NCBI GenBank assembly: GCA_044892525.1
Contig: CM097885.1
Location: 15,192,001 to 15,256,000, forward strand
DNA length: 64,000 nt
From: Schmidtea polychroa
Taxonomy: Eukaryota
Direction of reading: 5' to 3'
The translations under genes and the position numbers were made by a program. Shown here in pieces: positions 1 through 13,221 of this stretch; within the stretch, counting starts at the first letter, position 1; every line of letters starts with the position of its first letter. Under the pieces are notes generated by a model. The model was not told where the DNA came from. It saw nothing but the letters and a program-made list of their open reading frames with translations, and did no database searches.

Positions 1-223
1 ACTCGTTGCAGCTTCAAAAGGCTTCATAGAAAGTGTGGTTAATTTTTCAATTATATTAATTGTTTTTGATCTTAATTTTTAATAACGATAAATTTCATAA
101 AAAAATTATTTATTTATAAAAAGAAAAACTTTAAGTACTTTGAATTCTAATGGCGAAAAAAGTAAACCTCGATAACTAAAAAAACTGACAAAATCACATT
201 TTCAGAAAAAAAATTCAAGGACG

Positions 224-1500
224 TTGGCAATACAATGGAGATATGTACCAACCAAAGAGAACTCTGCAGATATGATATCGAGGGGATTGACAGTAAAAGT
301 TATAAGAAAGAAGAGAATGGCTATGTGCCCAAGATTCTTAATGTTAAAGGAAGAAGAATGGCCAAAAACTAGTCTGAAAGTTATAACTATGAAAAGAAGA
401 GAAATGTTTTGATGATAAAGAGTGAATGTGTGTTAAAAACTCAAATTTCGCGATTAGAGGTGAATTGTTTTGCACCTCAAACATACTCGGATTGTATGAG
501 ATTAAAGAGTATATGTTTGGGTTGTCCGGTTTGCTGAGAATTGTAAGGTTTGCATAGAAAGAAGTATGGAGGGTCAGTTAAAGTTGGATGAGATTGAAAA
601 CTTTGAAGTTAAAATAATTAAATAAAACCAGGAAAAATTCTTTGAGGATGAAATAAAATGTTTAAAAAGAGAACTCATTATTGAGAAAAGTAAGTTAATA
701 AAACTAAATCCAGTTCTAGATGAGTATGGAATAGTAAGGTGTAACATTCGAGTGATTAATGGTGAATTCTTGACGTAAAAGGGTAGATTTCCAATTATTT
801 TATGTGACAAAGGCTGGGTTGGTATATTAATTATAAAGCACTATCATGAGGAAAGAAACCATTATGCCGGTGTGAATCATTTGTTGAGTGACATAAATCA
901 GGAAATTGGGGTGTTGAGAATAAGGCATTTAATTAAAAAATGTGAGAGGAATTTTTATTATTGTAAGAAAAGAAAAGCAAAGGAAATGAAACAAATAATG
1001 GCTCATTTGCCTTCATTTAGATTTGAAGAGCGGTTACAGACGTTTGGTAAATTTGCAGTGGACTTCGCAAGACCATTTAAAACAATTCAAGGAAGAGAAA
1101 ACAAGACAGAATAGATATGTTTGTTTGTTTACTTGTCTTCAGACCCGGGCAGTGTATTGTGACTTGGCTTATTCTTTGAATACAAATACAATCATTCGAG
1201 CCTTCGTGCGATTTATCAGCAGAAGAGGAACTCCTCGATGAAAAGATTTTGTGGGAGCTACCGGCGAGATTCAAGAATTTGTAATAGATTCCTACAAAAT
1301 GACTAATCAAGTTAGATGGATATTCAACCCACCATCAGCACTACATTTTGGAGTTTTTGAATCGCTAATAAAGTCTGCGAAAAAGTTATGAAAATGATTA
1401 TTGGAACAAATGATATCTCTGACGAAGAACTGAATACAGCATTAATAAGGGTAGGATTATTGAATTCTCGTCCTTTGACGGTCCAATGCCTTGATGGCAA
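224..1500 (+). mobile_element. Decayed Bel/Pao LTR retrotransposon pol fragment (RNase H end and integrase)
   Basis: Frameshifted pieces WRYVPTKENSADMISRG, FAVDFARPF, RYVCLFTCLQTRAV and RFISRRGTP are typical of Bel/Pao pol. Confidence 0.85.
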
Positions 1501-3164
1501 AGATATTGCATTCATAAATTGCAACATGAAAAATTATGAGTTGGAAAAAAAATAATTAATAAAATAATTAAAAATAAAACACCATCTTGTGTTGAGAGGG
1601 AAATCTGCTAAATTATTAATTAAAGATAATGGCTGATGTAATATATATATCCTAAATCTCAGTATTCAAGCAAATTTATGAAATTATAATTTTGATATCA
1701 TCAAACAGACCTGTGATTAAAACTGCATGTTCATAAAAATTGAATAAATTTTTTTCATTATAAAAATATTATTTTCTAATCTAATATTTAAAACTCTTTA
1801 ATCTTCTCTCAATGCACTTTGCAAAATTTTACATTTTTTTCACTTTACCCTTCCTTAAAAAAGAAATTTCTCATTAAAAATAGTTTAGCTTAAAAGAAAT
1901 TGTAAAATATTTTCAATTCGAAAATCAATATACTTTTTGAGTATATTAGCCGGATATTTTTAGAACGAAACAAATGAGTATAATTGTAGGGGAATCAATA
2001 TGTCGGAAGATAAATATAAATAATTAACAACCAAAAAAAATAATTTAGACATAATTTTAAAAGGCTACTATTTTAGAGGGTAAGGATTTTTTTTTATTTA
2101 AAATAAATGGTCAGTATTTAGAATCAAATGCCAGTAATATAAAGGATCAGTGTAACACTGACTTAATTAAAAAATAGAGACAATAATTGGCGGGTAATTT
2201 AAATAAATGATCAGTAATTAAAATTAAGCTTAAGTATGTAATAACAAATATCAGTATTTTTATTAAATCAACCTAAAACCAAACTAATAATACGCCTGTA
2301 ACTTTACTTTTATTCCCAAATTTTTATCTCTAAGTTCGTAATTGTAAACATCAAAAAGTGGTCTAAAATATTTTAGCTTTATCCTCTAATAATCTTCTAC
2401 CTTGTGTTCATTTGTCTAATTCAGTTTTCAGTATCAATTTTTTATTGTTTTGCGTCTTAATGTATGAAGCAAGTGACAGTTAACGAATAAACACTGTATT
2501 TCAGGAAAGCGCGAGATAAGATGATAAGATAAGGCCAAATTGTGAAGCAAACACTTCAAGGCCTCGAAAAGTTGAAATTACCCTAAATATTTGAAACGAA
2601 AAATAGATAAATATTGAAAGCTTATAATTTTGGTAATATCCTTTAGTTAATCATATTATTTAAATGACGATTAATAAAATAAATCGGAAAGAGGTCTTCT
2701 AACGACAGTCCATGAACTCGAAAGAGTACAGGCTATTAATAGTTCACAAGAATTGGCTCACGTTTTACGAACAATAACACACTCAATACAGTACATCTTA
2801 ATGTTCTATGAGTATTAAATGGCTAAAAATCATTGTATTCGGGGTCTGCTTATAACCTACCAAAAGTGAAAACGATAATTATTCATAAAAACTCAAAAAT
2901 CAAGATGGTGATTTAAAAACAAAATCCAATTAGAAATTTATTAAATAAATTAAAAACAAGATGTACAAAAAAGTACTTGAGGAGAAAAAGAATTTTAAAA
3001 AAACGAATAATATACACCAGAAAACCTTGTGTAAATTAAATATTGATCGTTAAACAGATCAATATCTTAGGCCCAGTGCTGTATTCACAATGCAAAACTG
3101 TTTTTTAAATATGACTCAACTAAATAGAATTCTTTAAAAGTATTGGTTTTGCAAAAATACCTCA

Positions 3165-3305
3165 TTGCAAAAATACCGCGAGGAGTTTAACTGTCAAATC
3201 AATATAGACTCTTTTTTGGAGATCAAACATTGTATTTTTAACATTCGCTTACTTGCCATGATCCGTTACTCCTTGCTTGACACATCAAATTATGACCCAC
3301 AGCAG
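3165..3305 (+). pseudogene. Isolated shard of Polinton protein-primed DNA polymerase B
   Basis: QKYREEFNCQINIDSFLEIKH...AMIRYSLLDTSNYDP aligns with AKHRSQFNCDINIVAGDTDSFFLEVKN...AMISDDLLDTSNYDP of the pPolB at 15384-15971; part of motif C is deleted. Confidence 0.75.
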
Positions 3306-5289
3306 AAAGTATGTTCGAGTGAGATTTGTTTTAACACATCTCGCAAACCTCTTTGTGGCATATTTCAAGAATAATAAAAGTTCTTAATTCAAATTATATT
3401 TTTGTCATGTTTTACACGTCTCTTCTTTCATTTATATACCGTGTACATTCTGATTTTGCGATTACAGCACTGGTTGTCATTTATCCTCGAGACCCAACGG
3501 ATCCAACATTAACCCGAGAACATCTGCTGCTCATTAACATGGTTCTTGTATTTAAATCAAATCATTTTTTCGCTAATAAAATAAGTATATTTCGTTCTAA
3601 TTTAACTTTTCTAAAGTTTTTATGTGGTAGCAATACATATTGTCAAAGTATTAAAGATAAGAGGCTGCTCATTTAAAATAGCAATTGGCTTTGAGCGCAA
3701 AATTTGATCTTAAAGGACTGAATTTTTTTAATTTTTAAAATAAAATGTTTAAGTTTGCGATAATTTATTAATAAGACACCAAATAAAGAATAAAAAATCA
3801 TCATAAAAATACAATTTTAACAATTAGTAATAATTAATGTAAGTTTGACAATTTTGAAAATGTATCATCATTTCTTTCGTATATATTCAAATAAAAACTT
3901 CTGATTAGTTATGAAATTACCGATGTATTCGATACTCAAGGTTCCATTGGTCTTGAATGGTATATATACGTACTAGAAAGAAATTGATTACTTAGAAAAT
4001 TATGTAAATTTTATATATCAGTGTTGTTTTAATAAATATTAGAAAACAGCATAATTTAATTGTGTAATATAATAAATGTTATTTTAAAATTTTGACTTGT
4101 AATAGTTTTATAATATGGCGTGACAGCAGGATGTAATCATTCTATCCATTGAATAATTAAATTTTAAGGAATAAGATATTTTATATATCTGACGATGCGT
4201 CGAAGCATATTATAAATTTCGAAAAGATAATGAAAGAGACATGTGTTAACAGATAAGGGAAAAGTTCGAAATTTATTAGAGTCATTAGAAAACACTAGCA
4301 ATGAGCTCGCACCATTACCAAACTAAACAAGGAATGCAAAATTTATGAAGAAATTAAAGATAAATTGTTATGGTTATATAGAGTATAAGAATAAGAGCCC
4401 AATTCAATCCAATCCAACACGAAACTCCCAATTCAATCAAATCAGCTAACTGGAGATAGTATTGATCCCTCTGACAATTAACAATATATTGAATTTATTT
4501 ATGAGTATGGTGCTGGCAATCTTTGATTTTTATCGATTTTAAGTGATCATTAACAATTTGATAAAGTTATGACGATTTCTCTATAAATTATATTTGGGGT
4601 TTGAAGTACTATATTTCGGTTTTAATTTATCATATTTTGACACAGGTTAAAATAACTATTAAATTAATATTACTTTATAATAACACATTTATCATTAATA
4701 ATCTATCAAATTACTATTATTGTAGCATTGAGTAATCAAGCCATTTATCATCTATCGAAGTACTATTATTATAGCAATAATTAATCAAGCTATTTATCAT
4801 TTATTATATATGAAAGTATTATTTATTCTGACATTAATTAATTTTTATAAACAATATCAATATAAATAATAATGCTAAATTCAAATATTGTATAGGTTCG
4901 ATAACTAACGACGATTATACACTATAAATAACACGCGTATTGCAAGAAATATGCGGCAAAAATATGTTCAGGTTATAATCGTTAGTTTGTTACGAAAAGT
5001 GCTACTACACATTAATCAGGAATAATTAGAATATATATAAAATAGTATCAGTGATATTTTTTGGAAATAAAAATTACTGATAAGTTAAAAATCTTATTCT
5101 CTTTTTAGTAAATTTATTTGAAAAGAAAATCCGCTCAGGTAAACACGTATACCTGGCCAAGAAGTTATTCCGTCTGGAGGCGGACTTGGGCAGTTAGTAT
5201 TATAAATGAAAAGAGTTTACTACAGCACGTTTTTATTTTCTTTGTGGTATTTACACAATATATATGACCTTTATTGGAAATATCAATTA

Positions 5290-6540
5290 GCAATAAATTT
5301 TTAGCCATTGACCGACAAAAAATGTATAATTTGTAAGAGGAAGATGTGCATTATTGGATTCTATGGATCTAGATGACCATGGTGCTGATGATGACTTCTG
5401 GTAAGATGGCGGTATTGCAGAACCTACTTTTATTCCCATCTGCGAAATGTCAATAGAAAAAGCTCTTTGTGATGAAAGCGACGGCAAAATTTCTCAGCCA
5501 ATACCTGGGCCATGTAATAGATCGAAATACTGTCCTATTTCTATTGATTCTAATTTTGAGTCAAATGATCAATGTACCGCAGAAGCGCTATCCACTATAG
5601 GACAACCTGTCAAACAAATCGAAAATCTGCATGAAGAAGAATGTATGTGCATTCATTGGTTCTGATCTTGAAATAGACATAAAAAGTCCAGCATTCAAAA
5701 AAATGATATGGTGCAAGGACCATATCCAACTTGATAAAAAACAAATATCATTCAAAGGAAGCGAAGAGTTACCTGATCTTTTGTGAACTGAAAACGACGT
5801 ATCAATTTTTACATATTTTGCTGATGAAGATTTATTCACGCATATTGCCAACCAAACAAATTTATACGCACAACAAATGAGCATATCTACAAAGTTTATA
5901 ACGCCGGCACAGGAGATACGAAAATATCTGGGGATCCTTATTTATATGTCGATCTATCGATATCCGAGTATCTGAGAATATTGAGGTGAAAACTCATTCA
6001 AGCCTATCGACAAACAATGCAATGAAACAGATTTGAGGAAATTCGTCGCTACTTACATTTCAATGACAATTCAAAATAGTAGCAAAGGATCATCCTAAAT
6101 ATAAAGCTACATTCAAGGTCCAGCAACTTATAGATCACTTCAACAAACGTTTTCAATCAATACCTATGAGCCAGCGCCTATGCGTGGATGAACAAATGTG
6201 CTCCACAAAAATGATTTCGCATCTGCAACAATATATGCCGCATAAGTGGGGCATGAAATTATTTGTATTATGTGATTCTTATGGATATTCTTTTGGTTTC
6301 GAGGTAAATATTGGTGCAGGTGATAATGTTATACCAGATGGAGTACCAGATTTGGGTGCAGCAGCAAATATGTTGTCCAAATTGTCTTCGAAAATTTTTA
6401 TACAACATTGCCTTTGATGGTTTACTTGTATGGTAGGGGAATATTTTCTTTGGGAACAATACGAGTGAATCGTACTGCAAATTACCTACTGATAAGGAGG
6501 CTGAAAAACAAAAACGTGGATTTTCGGAAGAATGTTGGTT
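5290..6540 (+). mobile_element. Decayed piggyBac (PGBD-type) transposase
   Basis: RFEEIRRYLHFND-like segment, LCVDEQMC, QYMPHKWGMKLFVLCDSYGY and LGTIRVNR; multiple stops and frameshifts. Confidence 0.85.
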
Positions 6541-7040
6541 CACGAATCACGAATCATGTCATTAAAAGATTGTCCAACAAATTTGATAATGTAATCTATA
6601 TTAGATGGATTAGTTGAATAATAGGCACTTTGGATGGCTCGAAAATATCCCAAATCCAAGATATTTATATTGAGGCTATTAGGTTGTTGACAGATCAATC
6701 GAATATCAAATTCATCACTTGTTGCGTGTTGGAAAAATTCTGAATCATCTGGTGAAATATGTCTAGCGTTTTCTTGTTGAATAAAAATCGTTTTACTTCG
6801 TACCATGCGATTTCCAGGCCACTTAGATTTAATTGCTGGAAGTACTTTTTCAATAACCATTTTGCGGTACTCCTTTTATCAACAAGGGGTGTGGAAAAGA
6901 AAATGCTTCTACTACGATTTTTGCTATTCCTTTTGCAGGTTCCATTTTTATGAATGGCCAACAGCTACAAGAAACATCGCTTTTGTTATAAATCTTTTTG
7001 ATTTTACTTGGCGATGCGGTTAGGGGATGTCCAGTAATCA
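6540..7040 (-). mobile_element. Tc1/mariner (ITm) transposase fragment
   Basis: EKVLPAIKSKWP...IFIQQENARH...QQPNSLNINILDLGYFRAIQS matches the second-D (QQDNARPH) and QPPNSPDLN regions of mariner-like transposases. Confidence 0.8.
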
Positions 7041-8452
7041 TAAAACATTGTTAAATGTGAACAAATAAGTTTAAAATTATCGTTACTTTCTTTAATTCTT
7101 GACAAATTATAGAGTATTTTAAACTTTTTGTGAAAACTATACGGGACAATGATTTTTGTAATTTTTGACATTTTATGAAATAATGAAATAAAACAAGAAG
7201 ATATGGTTATATTTATGGTAAATGATGTTTTCTAGAAAGTCGTTTGATTAATTCAACTGATAAGAAAAAATATTGAGGTAGAACCGTATATTCGAATAAT
7301 CCATGGATACGAAACGAAAACTATCCAAAATTATAGGACAGGGGGAGTATAAATTTTACATCAAGATATAATATTTTATTAACAATATGACTATCTAAAT
7401 TATGAAATTAACCCCCGCCATTGCTGGAGTCGATAAAAACAACACTATATTATTTTCTAAATATATACTTTACTCATTTTACAACAATAAAAAAATCCAA
7501 TAATTTTTTGTCAGAAAATCCAAATTTAATCCATGCCTTACGTGGTTAAGAAATCCTTAAACTTTGAACCTTTTGATGGATTCGAATTCTTTATCGATAT
7601 TTCATTGTGCCTGCAAGAAGTCATTTTAAAATTATTGCTGTAAGAACAGGCAGAACAAACCGTTACAATAAACTATTTAGAGAAATAAAGCAAATTTAAT
7701 TGAGAATGAAATTTGGGATTATTAAAGAAATTTGATACCAGTGAAGACAATTTGGGAAGACTCGAAACAAGAAATTCTTTTTAATAAATTTTAAAAAAAT
7801 AATCACAGCCGAGATTGGCAAACGAGAAAGGTAATGTTTTACTTTATAATGCAGTGAAATCGACAGTGAGTGCTATTCATATTTTTATTTAATTGTTTAC
7901 TTATTAATTAATTTAGGCCTCATCGATTTAAATTAATGTAATTGCTAACTATAAGTGCATCTTCTAAGGGAAGGGATAAATAATTTTCGTTTAATGTGTT
8001 TAAAAATTCATTTCTCATTTATTAGTGTGACCTTTGCATTTAATAATTTTAATAATTCATTAATAAGGTCAAATTTTTAATTAAGTGTTTATTTATTTAA
8101 TTTCAGTTAGTTTCGTTATAATTATAGTTTAGATCAAGGCTGTCCAGCCTATATTATTTTTTTTGACCGGTGTATATTTCAGATTGAATACCCCTAGTTT
8201 AAATGATAGGTAAAACGAAATGATAGATAACCGAACGATAGAAAAAAAGAGAAAACGTTTATAAAATACTATAGCCAATCGATATTTTAAATGTGTATAT
8301 TTAATATAACAATGTGTATTTTTACTATAACAATTTTATTTATATTTGTTAAATGTAGTGAAATATAGATTTTCAAACTTTAAATAGTTATTTAAAAGTT
8401 ATTATTCGAATATCTTTATTTTATCTAATACTTTTTACATGGATAACAACAT

Positions 8453-8505
8453 TGGTGTCAGAAGTGGGATATGAACCCATGCCTCTATTTGGAGACCAGA
8501 ACTGA
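8453..8505 (-). pseudogene. 3' half of tRNA-Leu including CCA (retroposed tRNA fragment or extended primer-binding site)
   Basis: The minus strand reads TTCTGGTCTCC-AAAT-AGAGGC-ATGGGTTCATATCCCACTTCTGACA-CCA, i.e. anticodon-stem 3' side, long variable arm, T arm, acceptor strand and CCA of eukaryotic tRNA-Leu. No 5' half is visible. Confidence 0.75.
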
Positions 8506-9907
8506 ATTCATTAAATACGTTGTATGCAGTAATTAGTTATTTAATATGCATTAATTTATCGATTTGAAGATATAATCCAAGAGTTTCTTTATTTCATTTG
8601 GATTTCTTGTACCAGTTGTCTTTCAATTTAGGTCCTTTGTGCTGGAACTGTATTTGTGAAATTAAATAAAATTTGTTTAATAGATAAAAATTAAATAGTA
8701 GATTCTCTAGATAATGGAGGTAGTGTAATAAGTTTAGCTATCACTATGTTGAGTATTTCATATTCGGATATACATATATTTTTCAAACATTGACAAGAAA
8801 AGCCCTTGAGAAACAAAAAGACGTTTATAAGCCAAATCAATTAAATCGTGAAGATATGATATTCTTAACAATTAAATTGTAAGGAGGCTATACTTTTACT
8901 CTCAAATAGTTAAAGGACCTTTAATCACGATGTAAATAGTTATCCGTGTCACCAGCAAAAATATTTGACAGTTTTCAATAATAATATATATTATTTATTT
9001 GTTATATTAATTTATTACCTGTTAAGCGAATTCTCGATGAAATTTTACATATTCTTATTGATTTATTAAAAAGCTTGACCAAAATTTGATGAAAATCACT
9101 TGAAAAAGGCAGTGCCAAAAATTCGTGAATATAAAAAAAACATCGATATATTTACTGATTCCTAGTCAAGCTTTTTAATAATACAATGAAACGAAATCAG
9201 TGGTGAAAATTGAAAAAAGTTCTTGTTATACCTATTCTGCAATTAGAAAAGTCAAAAAAATTGTCTTTATGATTCTACTGAAAAGGAGATAATGTTGAAT
9301 TCATAAATCTACAACCCAACACTAATTACACACTTTGTGTACAATGGAATACATTAGTTGACACATAACAGATAAGGTGCAAAAGAATAAAAACTACTAT
9401 AATAAACAGACCTAGAGTAAAAAAACCAATAGGGAAAAAGATATCAACAACCAGCATAACAACAACTACTATAGATTCAATATCCACACAACCATTATCA
9501 CTAACGATAACGAATATATATATAGAAAAACGACATTTAAAGCTGTTAGACAAATATATAAAAAATTAATAATGAAAAATCCAAGACTGATAGGAAACTG
9601 ATAAAATTGCCTACGGGAAAAATGATAATTATAAATAACTGGAATGAATTACAAGTCTTTCAAAAGAAAGCAAGTAAACCACAATGGCCTTTTTACATAA
9701 TAACCACAAGTGTATTATCATTCGCGATTGTAGCAATTGTCACTAGTGTACAAGTTTATAAAAAGTACAAGTGGAAAAAGCAGCGGTATCGGCAGACTGG
9801 TCAAAGAAGCACCAGGGCACTTACACTTGGACAAATATATCCCTGGACAATATACTCTGTCCACATTTGTATAATAAATGTAAATTGGTCAATGATATAT
9901 AATAAAA

Positions 9908-9908
<1 letters not shown>

Positions 9909-9998
<90 letters not shown>
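9909..9998. repeat. (TA)n microsatellite
   Basis: Direct observation. Others lie at about 22595-22648, 24210-24227, 27401-27487, 36942-37071 and 38155-38187. Confidence 0.95.
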
Positions 9999-10002
<4 letters not shown>

Positions 10003-10519
10003 TATTTATATAACTGCGTATAGGGTTAAACCTCAAATGCGCAACAAGCATAAATATTTATTGTTTGTTTTTAGAATAATAATAAGTAGTCAAAGTCAAA
10101 TCAGCCAATCAAATCAACCCAATCAAAGCAATCTGCAAGAAAATCAAACGTCAGTTCATATGCATTCGCAAGCAACCAAAGTCCAGCGCAATCATGCAAC
10201 TCACAAAATAAAGAAATACGTGCCGATGATACATAAGCACTACAATAGTTTTTATAAAAATTTACAAAATAAAATCAGCACAGACGGCACTCCCATTACT
10301 ATCAGAAGCTTCCCCAACCAAGTCTGCATTCCAAATGATATGAAAATTGAAATCGAAGAGAGGGAACTCCACCTTATCAAATTTAATGAAGTCCGAAGAG
10401 TAAAACTCAAAGACTTCATTGGAACATTTGATCAGTTCCCAAATGCAGACGAAGCAGTAATAGAAGGGAAGAAAGTATCCGGTGTATATATCTAAATGGT
10501 ATCCGGTGTATATATCTAA

Positions 10520-10631
10520 AGTAGTAGGATATGTCACCTCCAGGACATGTCACATCCAGGGCATCCCTACCCCCCACAAGGTCAAGGTCAAATTTTAAGG
10601 TCAAGGTTAATTTTTTAAGGTCAAGGTCAAA
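10520..10631 (+). repeat. Left TIR of element A
   Basis: Reverse complement of about 16645-16775; contains 16-bp ATGTCACxxCCAGG units and a CAAGGTCA array. Confidence 0.9.
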
Positions 10632-10834
10632 TCCATTTGCCATAAATCATCAATATCAAATGTTTTATATGGTCTTGTTGGAAATCTTTTCAGCATTGGC
10701 TTGTTTAAACTGTACGCAAGCTGACCTGATAACCAATTCTGGGTTTCTATCTTCGAATTCTGAACTCTTTTCTTTAATTTTTCGACTCCACCAAAACCTG
10801 CTTCGCCTTTTTGATTCGTCCATATCTTCTCCAT
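10628..10834 (-). pseudogene. N-terminal stub of Polinton integrase, truncated at the left TIR
   Basis: MEKIWTNQKGEAGFGG...YSLNKPMLKRFPTR...DDLWQMD is closely similar to the integrase starting at 51370; it breaks just after the first catalytic D. Confidence 0.9.
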
Positions 10835-10895
10835 TACAACATGAAGATTTAAAATTAAAATTTAAATTAGGTAATGAAGGATTAGCACCCATTGT

Positions 10896-11405
10896 TTATG
10901 ACGATTTTAGTAGACCTGCTCCGCCTAATAATGATAATACCAATGGTATTAATGCAGCAATAAACCCTCCTTGTTTATATATAATTTTTCTCATTTGTTT
11001 ACGATTTTTATTATTTACTAGCTTCAACAGTGGTTTTTGGTACTTTTTTAAAATAATTTTGTCAGATTTGCTAATTATAGTCTTGCATTTGACTACTTTG
11101 AGTATAATATCAAGTAAATCATCTACAACAAAATTTGGAAATGATTGCAAAATAGTCTTTCTTTTCATGCTCGGTGCCTTTAACAATGCATTGAAAAATG
11201 GAAAACTACAATGATTTTTTATTGTTTTTACTTGTTTAGGCTTTTTATTTGGTTTAGGTTTTGGATTTTTTGAAATGAGATTCATTGATGGAAAGTTTTC
11301 TGTAACAAGTATTTTAGGAGGTGTATAACTAGTTTTTGGTGCAACACTAATTTTTTCTTTTTCAATATCGTTTCTAAGATTTTTAACTCTCGCTCTCAAA
11401 AACAT
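10896..11405 (-). CDS. Basic virion core protein with C-terminal QGG-hydrophobic tail (adenovirus pX-like, adintovirus 'gasderminX'-type)
   Basis: Lys-rich 169 aa ending KQGGFIAALIPLVLSLLGG; homologous and syntenic to 50820-51308. Confidence 0.7.
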   Translation of the reverse strand: MFLRARVKNLRNDIEKEKISVAPKTSYTPPKILVTENFPSMNLISKNPKPKPNKKPKQVKTIKNHCSFPFFNALLKAPSMKRKTILQSFPNFVVDDLLDIILKVVKCKTIISKSDKIILKKYQKPLLKLVNNKNRKQMRKIIYKQGGFIAALIPLVLSLLGGAGLLKSS

Positions 11406-11423
11406 GATCAGTCAATCCAGGTT

Positions 11424-12049
11424 TTAACTTTGTTTATAAACCATTGACCCTTCTTTATTCAAAATATCAGTTCTCACTCTTAAATCATCAGGACACTGTT
11501 GTGTGAAATCAAGAAATATATATCCATGAGGTTGTTTTGTAGCATCTTGAAATGCATTAATCAGAAAATTACGATTATTTGGATATGCTTGTCTTGCAAG
11601 AAAATCTATAACTGTTGCATCTCTATGGTTTTTAAAACAAACAAATATTGAACATTTGAATTACGAGTTCTATCTGCACTGCCTTGATGAAATAGATTTT
11701 GAGTTATAAAAATAACAGTTACACCAACGTGTCTACTGATTTTGGTAAATAAATTATTGAAATTCTTTTCTTTACTAGCCTCTTGATACAAGTCATCAAT
11801 AATTATGACATCCCCCTTCTTTAGTCTACTGGACCAATTTTTATCAAATCCCTCTACTATTTTCATATTTTTCAATTTACAGAAACTTGATTGAGTCAAT
11901 CCGTGTTCTTGATCAGCACCTCGATGCCAATAAATTTTGTTAAATTTTGATTTAAATAAATGTGATTTTAGTAATTTGCAAACAAACAAAGTTTTGCCGC
12001 TACCACTTGGTCCGACTATTTGATATACAGCATCATTTCTTAGTTCCAT
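11424..12049 (-). pseudogene. A32/FtsK-HerA family packaging ATPase, frameshifted near 11630
   Basis: Walker A GPSGSGKT, Walker B IIIDD and SRHVGVTVIFITQ; the C-terminus continues in another frame and matches 50168-50806. Confidence 0.9.
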
Positions 12050-12162
12050 TTTTAATATTCAATTAAAAATTAATTTTCTTTATATCGTAAAGAATAAATT
12101 GATTTAATTACTCTATAATATAACATATATATATACTTGATTTTTATAAATATTCAGTAGAA

Positions 12163-12675
12163 ATGTTGACAAATATTAATTATAGTGGTCTTGTGTCTTT
12201 GGAAACTGTTGGTATGATGAATTTCCCCAAGTGTAAACCACAACAATATGTTGACAAAACTGGAAAATATACTATTATATTTTTCAAAAATGGTAAATGT
12301 CGTATAATGGGTTGTAAGAAGCCTATCGAATTCGAGAATTTGGAATATAATATCAAAGATATTCAAGTTCAAAGTCTTACTATAGCTATCAAGGTTGAAC
12401 AATCTATTAATTTGAATAATTTAGCAAAGTTATTAGATGGAGATTGTATATATGAGCCTGAATTATTTCCCGCTCTGCGTTATACAAAATATAATCCACT
12501 ATGTGTAAATATATTTTCGAGTGGTAAAATAGTTGTACTAGGTATTAAAAATTTAGATTTTCATACTATTGTTGAAGGAATTATAAACGATGTAAAGGAT
12601 TTGATTGGATCTTTAACAATTTCTTCAAATATAAGTAACGAGGATTTGCTTGAATATTTATTCAACAATGATTGA
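12163..12675 (+). CDS. TATA-binding protein (TBP)-like protein carried by element A
   Basis: IYEPELFPALRY...VNIFSSGKIVVLGIK matches TBP repeat 2 (YEPELFPGLIY...IFVSGKVVLTGAK). IIFFKNGKCRIMGCK matches the end of repeat 1. Intact 170-aa ORF. Confidence 0.85.
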   Translation: MLTNINYSGLVSLETVGMMNFPKCKPQQYVDKTGKYTIIFFKNGKCRIMGCKKPIEFENLEYNIKDIQVQSLTIAIKVEQSINLNNLAKLLDGDCIYEPELFPALRYTKYNPLCVNIFSSGKIVVLGIKNLDFHTIVEGIINDVKDLIGSLTISSNISNEDLLEYLFNND

Positions 12676-13022
12676 ATTATGAAGGTAACTGTTTTTATTT
12701 TAAATTTACTGATTTTGGTTTAGAAACTATACTAAAAATTTTGATTGATAAAATTGAAGATTTTTATCCTAATTTGTATTGTGCTCCAGAAGTTGTGTTT
12801 TACAAAATTTATGAAATAACTGGAATAAATGTAATAGATTTAATTCATATGGATCATGCTACGATTACATGTTATACCGACGATGTTGAAAATTGTGATT
12901 TTTGTAAAAATAAAATGCAGAATACTTGTGGGGATGATAGTTGTACATGTTTTATAAATCTACAGAAACGAGAAATAATTCATGCATTACTTGTGGAATT
13001 GCGAAAAAATGTATTTTTGTAA
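12672..13022 (+). CDS. Cys-rich hypothetical protein of element A
   Basis: 116-aa ORF with CDFC and CGDDSCTC. It shares KIYEITGINVIDL and CGDDxCxC with the protein at 48616-48974. Start codon uncertain. Confidence 0.55.
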   Translation: MNYEGNCFYFKFTDFGLETILKILIDKIEDFYPNLYCAPEVVFYKIYEITGINVIDLIHMDHATITCYTDDVENCDFCKNKMQNTCGDDSCTCFINLQKREIIHALLVELRKNVFL

Positions 13023-13221
13023 TAAAATATAATTATATTTGTTTTGTGATAACCTTAATTAACCTATAATATTTCTTTGTGTACAAAAAATCATTACAGA
13101 CTGTTATTTAGCATAAAATGAACTAGTTGATCACGTTTTGATCATGCCTGTCACTTGAAACTTGTTTACAATGAAATTAGTATAAATATCTGGTTCAAAT
13201 TATTAAATATTATAACTACAA

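Noticed and set aside
9230..9830. Possible env-like or membrane protein remnant with a hydrophobic segment
   Set aside because: Fragmented, with no recognisable motif.
9607..10051. ORFs with IYIYIY, poly-I or poly-Y runs (also 27127, 31693, 36906, 58822, 59391)
   Set aside because: Translations of (TA)n and (TAA)n microsatellites.
10531..11214. 227-aa plus-strand ORF, and 75-aa MGANPSLP ORFs at 10665 and 51312
   Set aside because: Antisense or alternative frames of the integrase and core genes. The MGANPSLP frame is open in both elements, but high nucleotide identity could explain that; it is not supported enough to call.
12163..12675. TBP-like ORF as the host TBP/TRF gene
   Set aside because: It lies between TIRs, is intronless, has a truncated first repeat and is syntenic with the viral ATPase in two elements.
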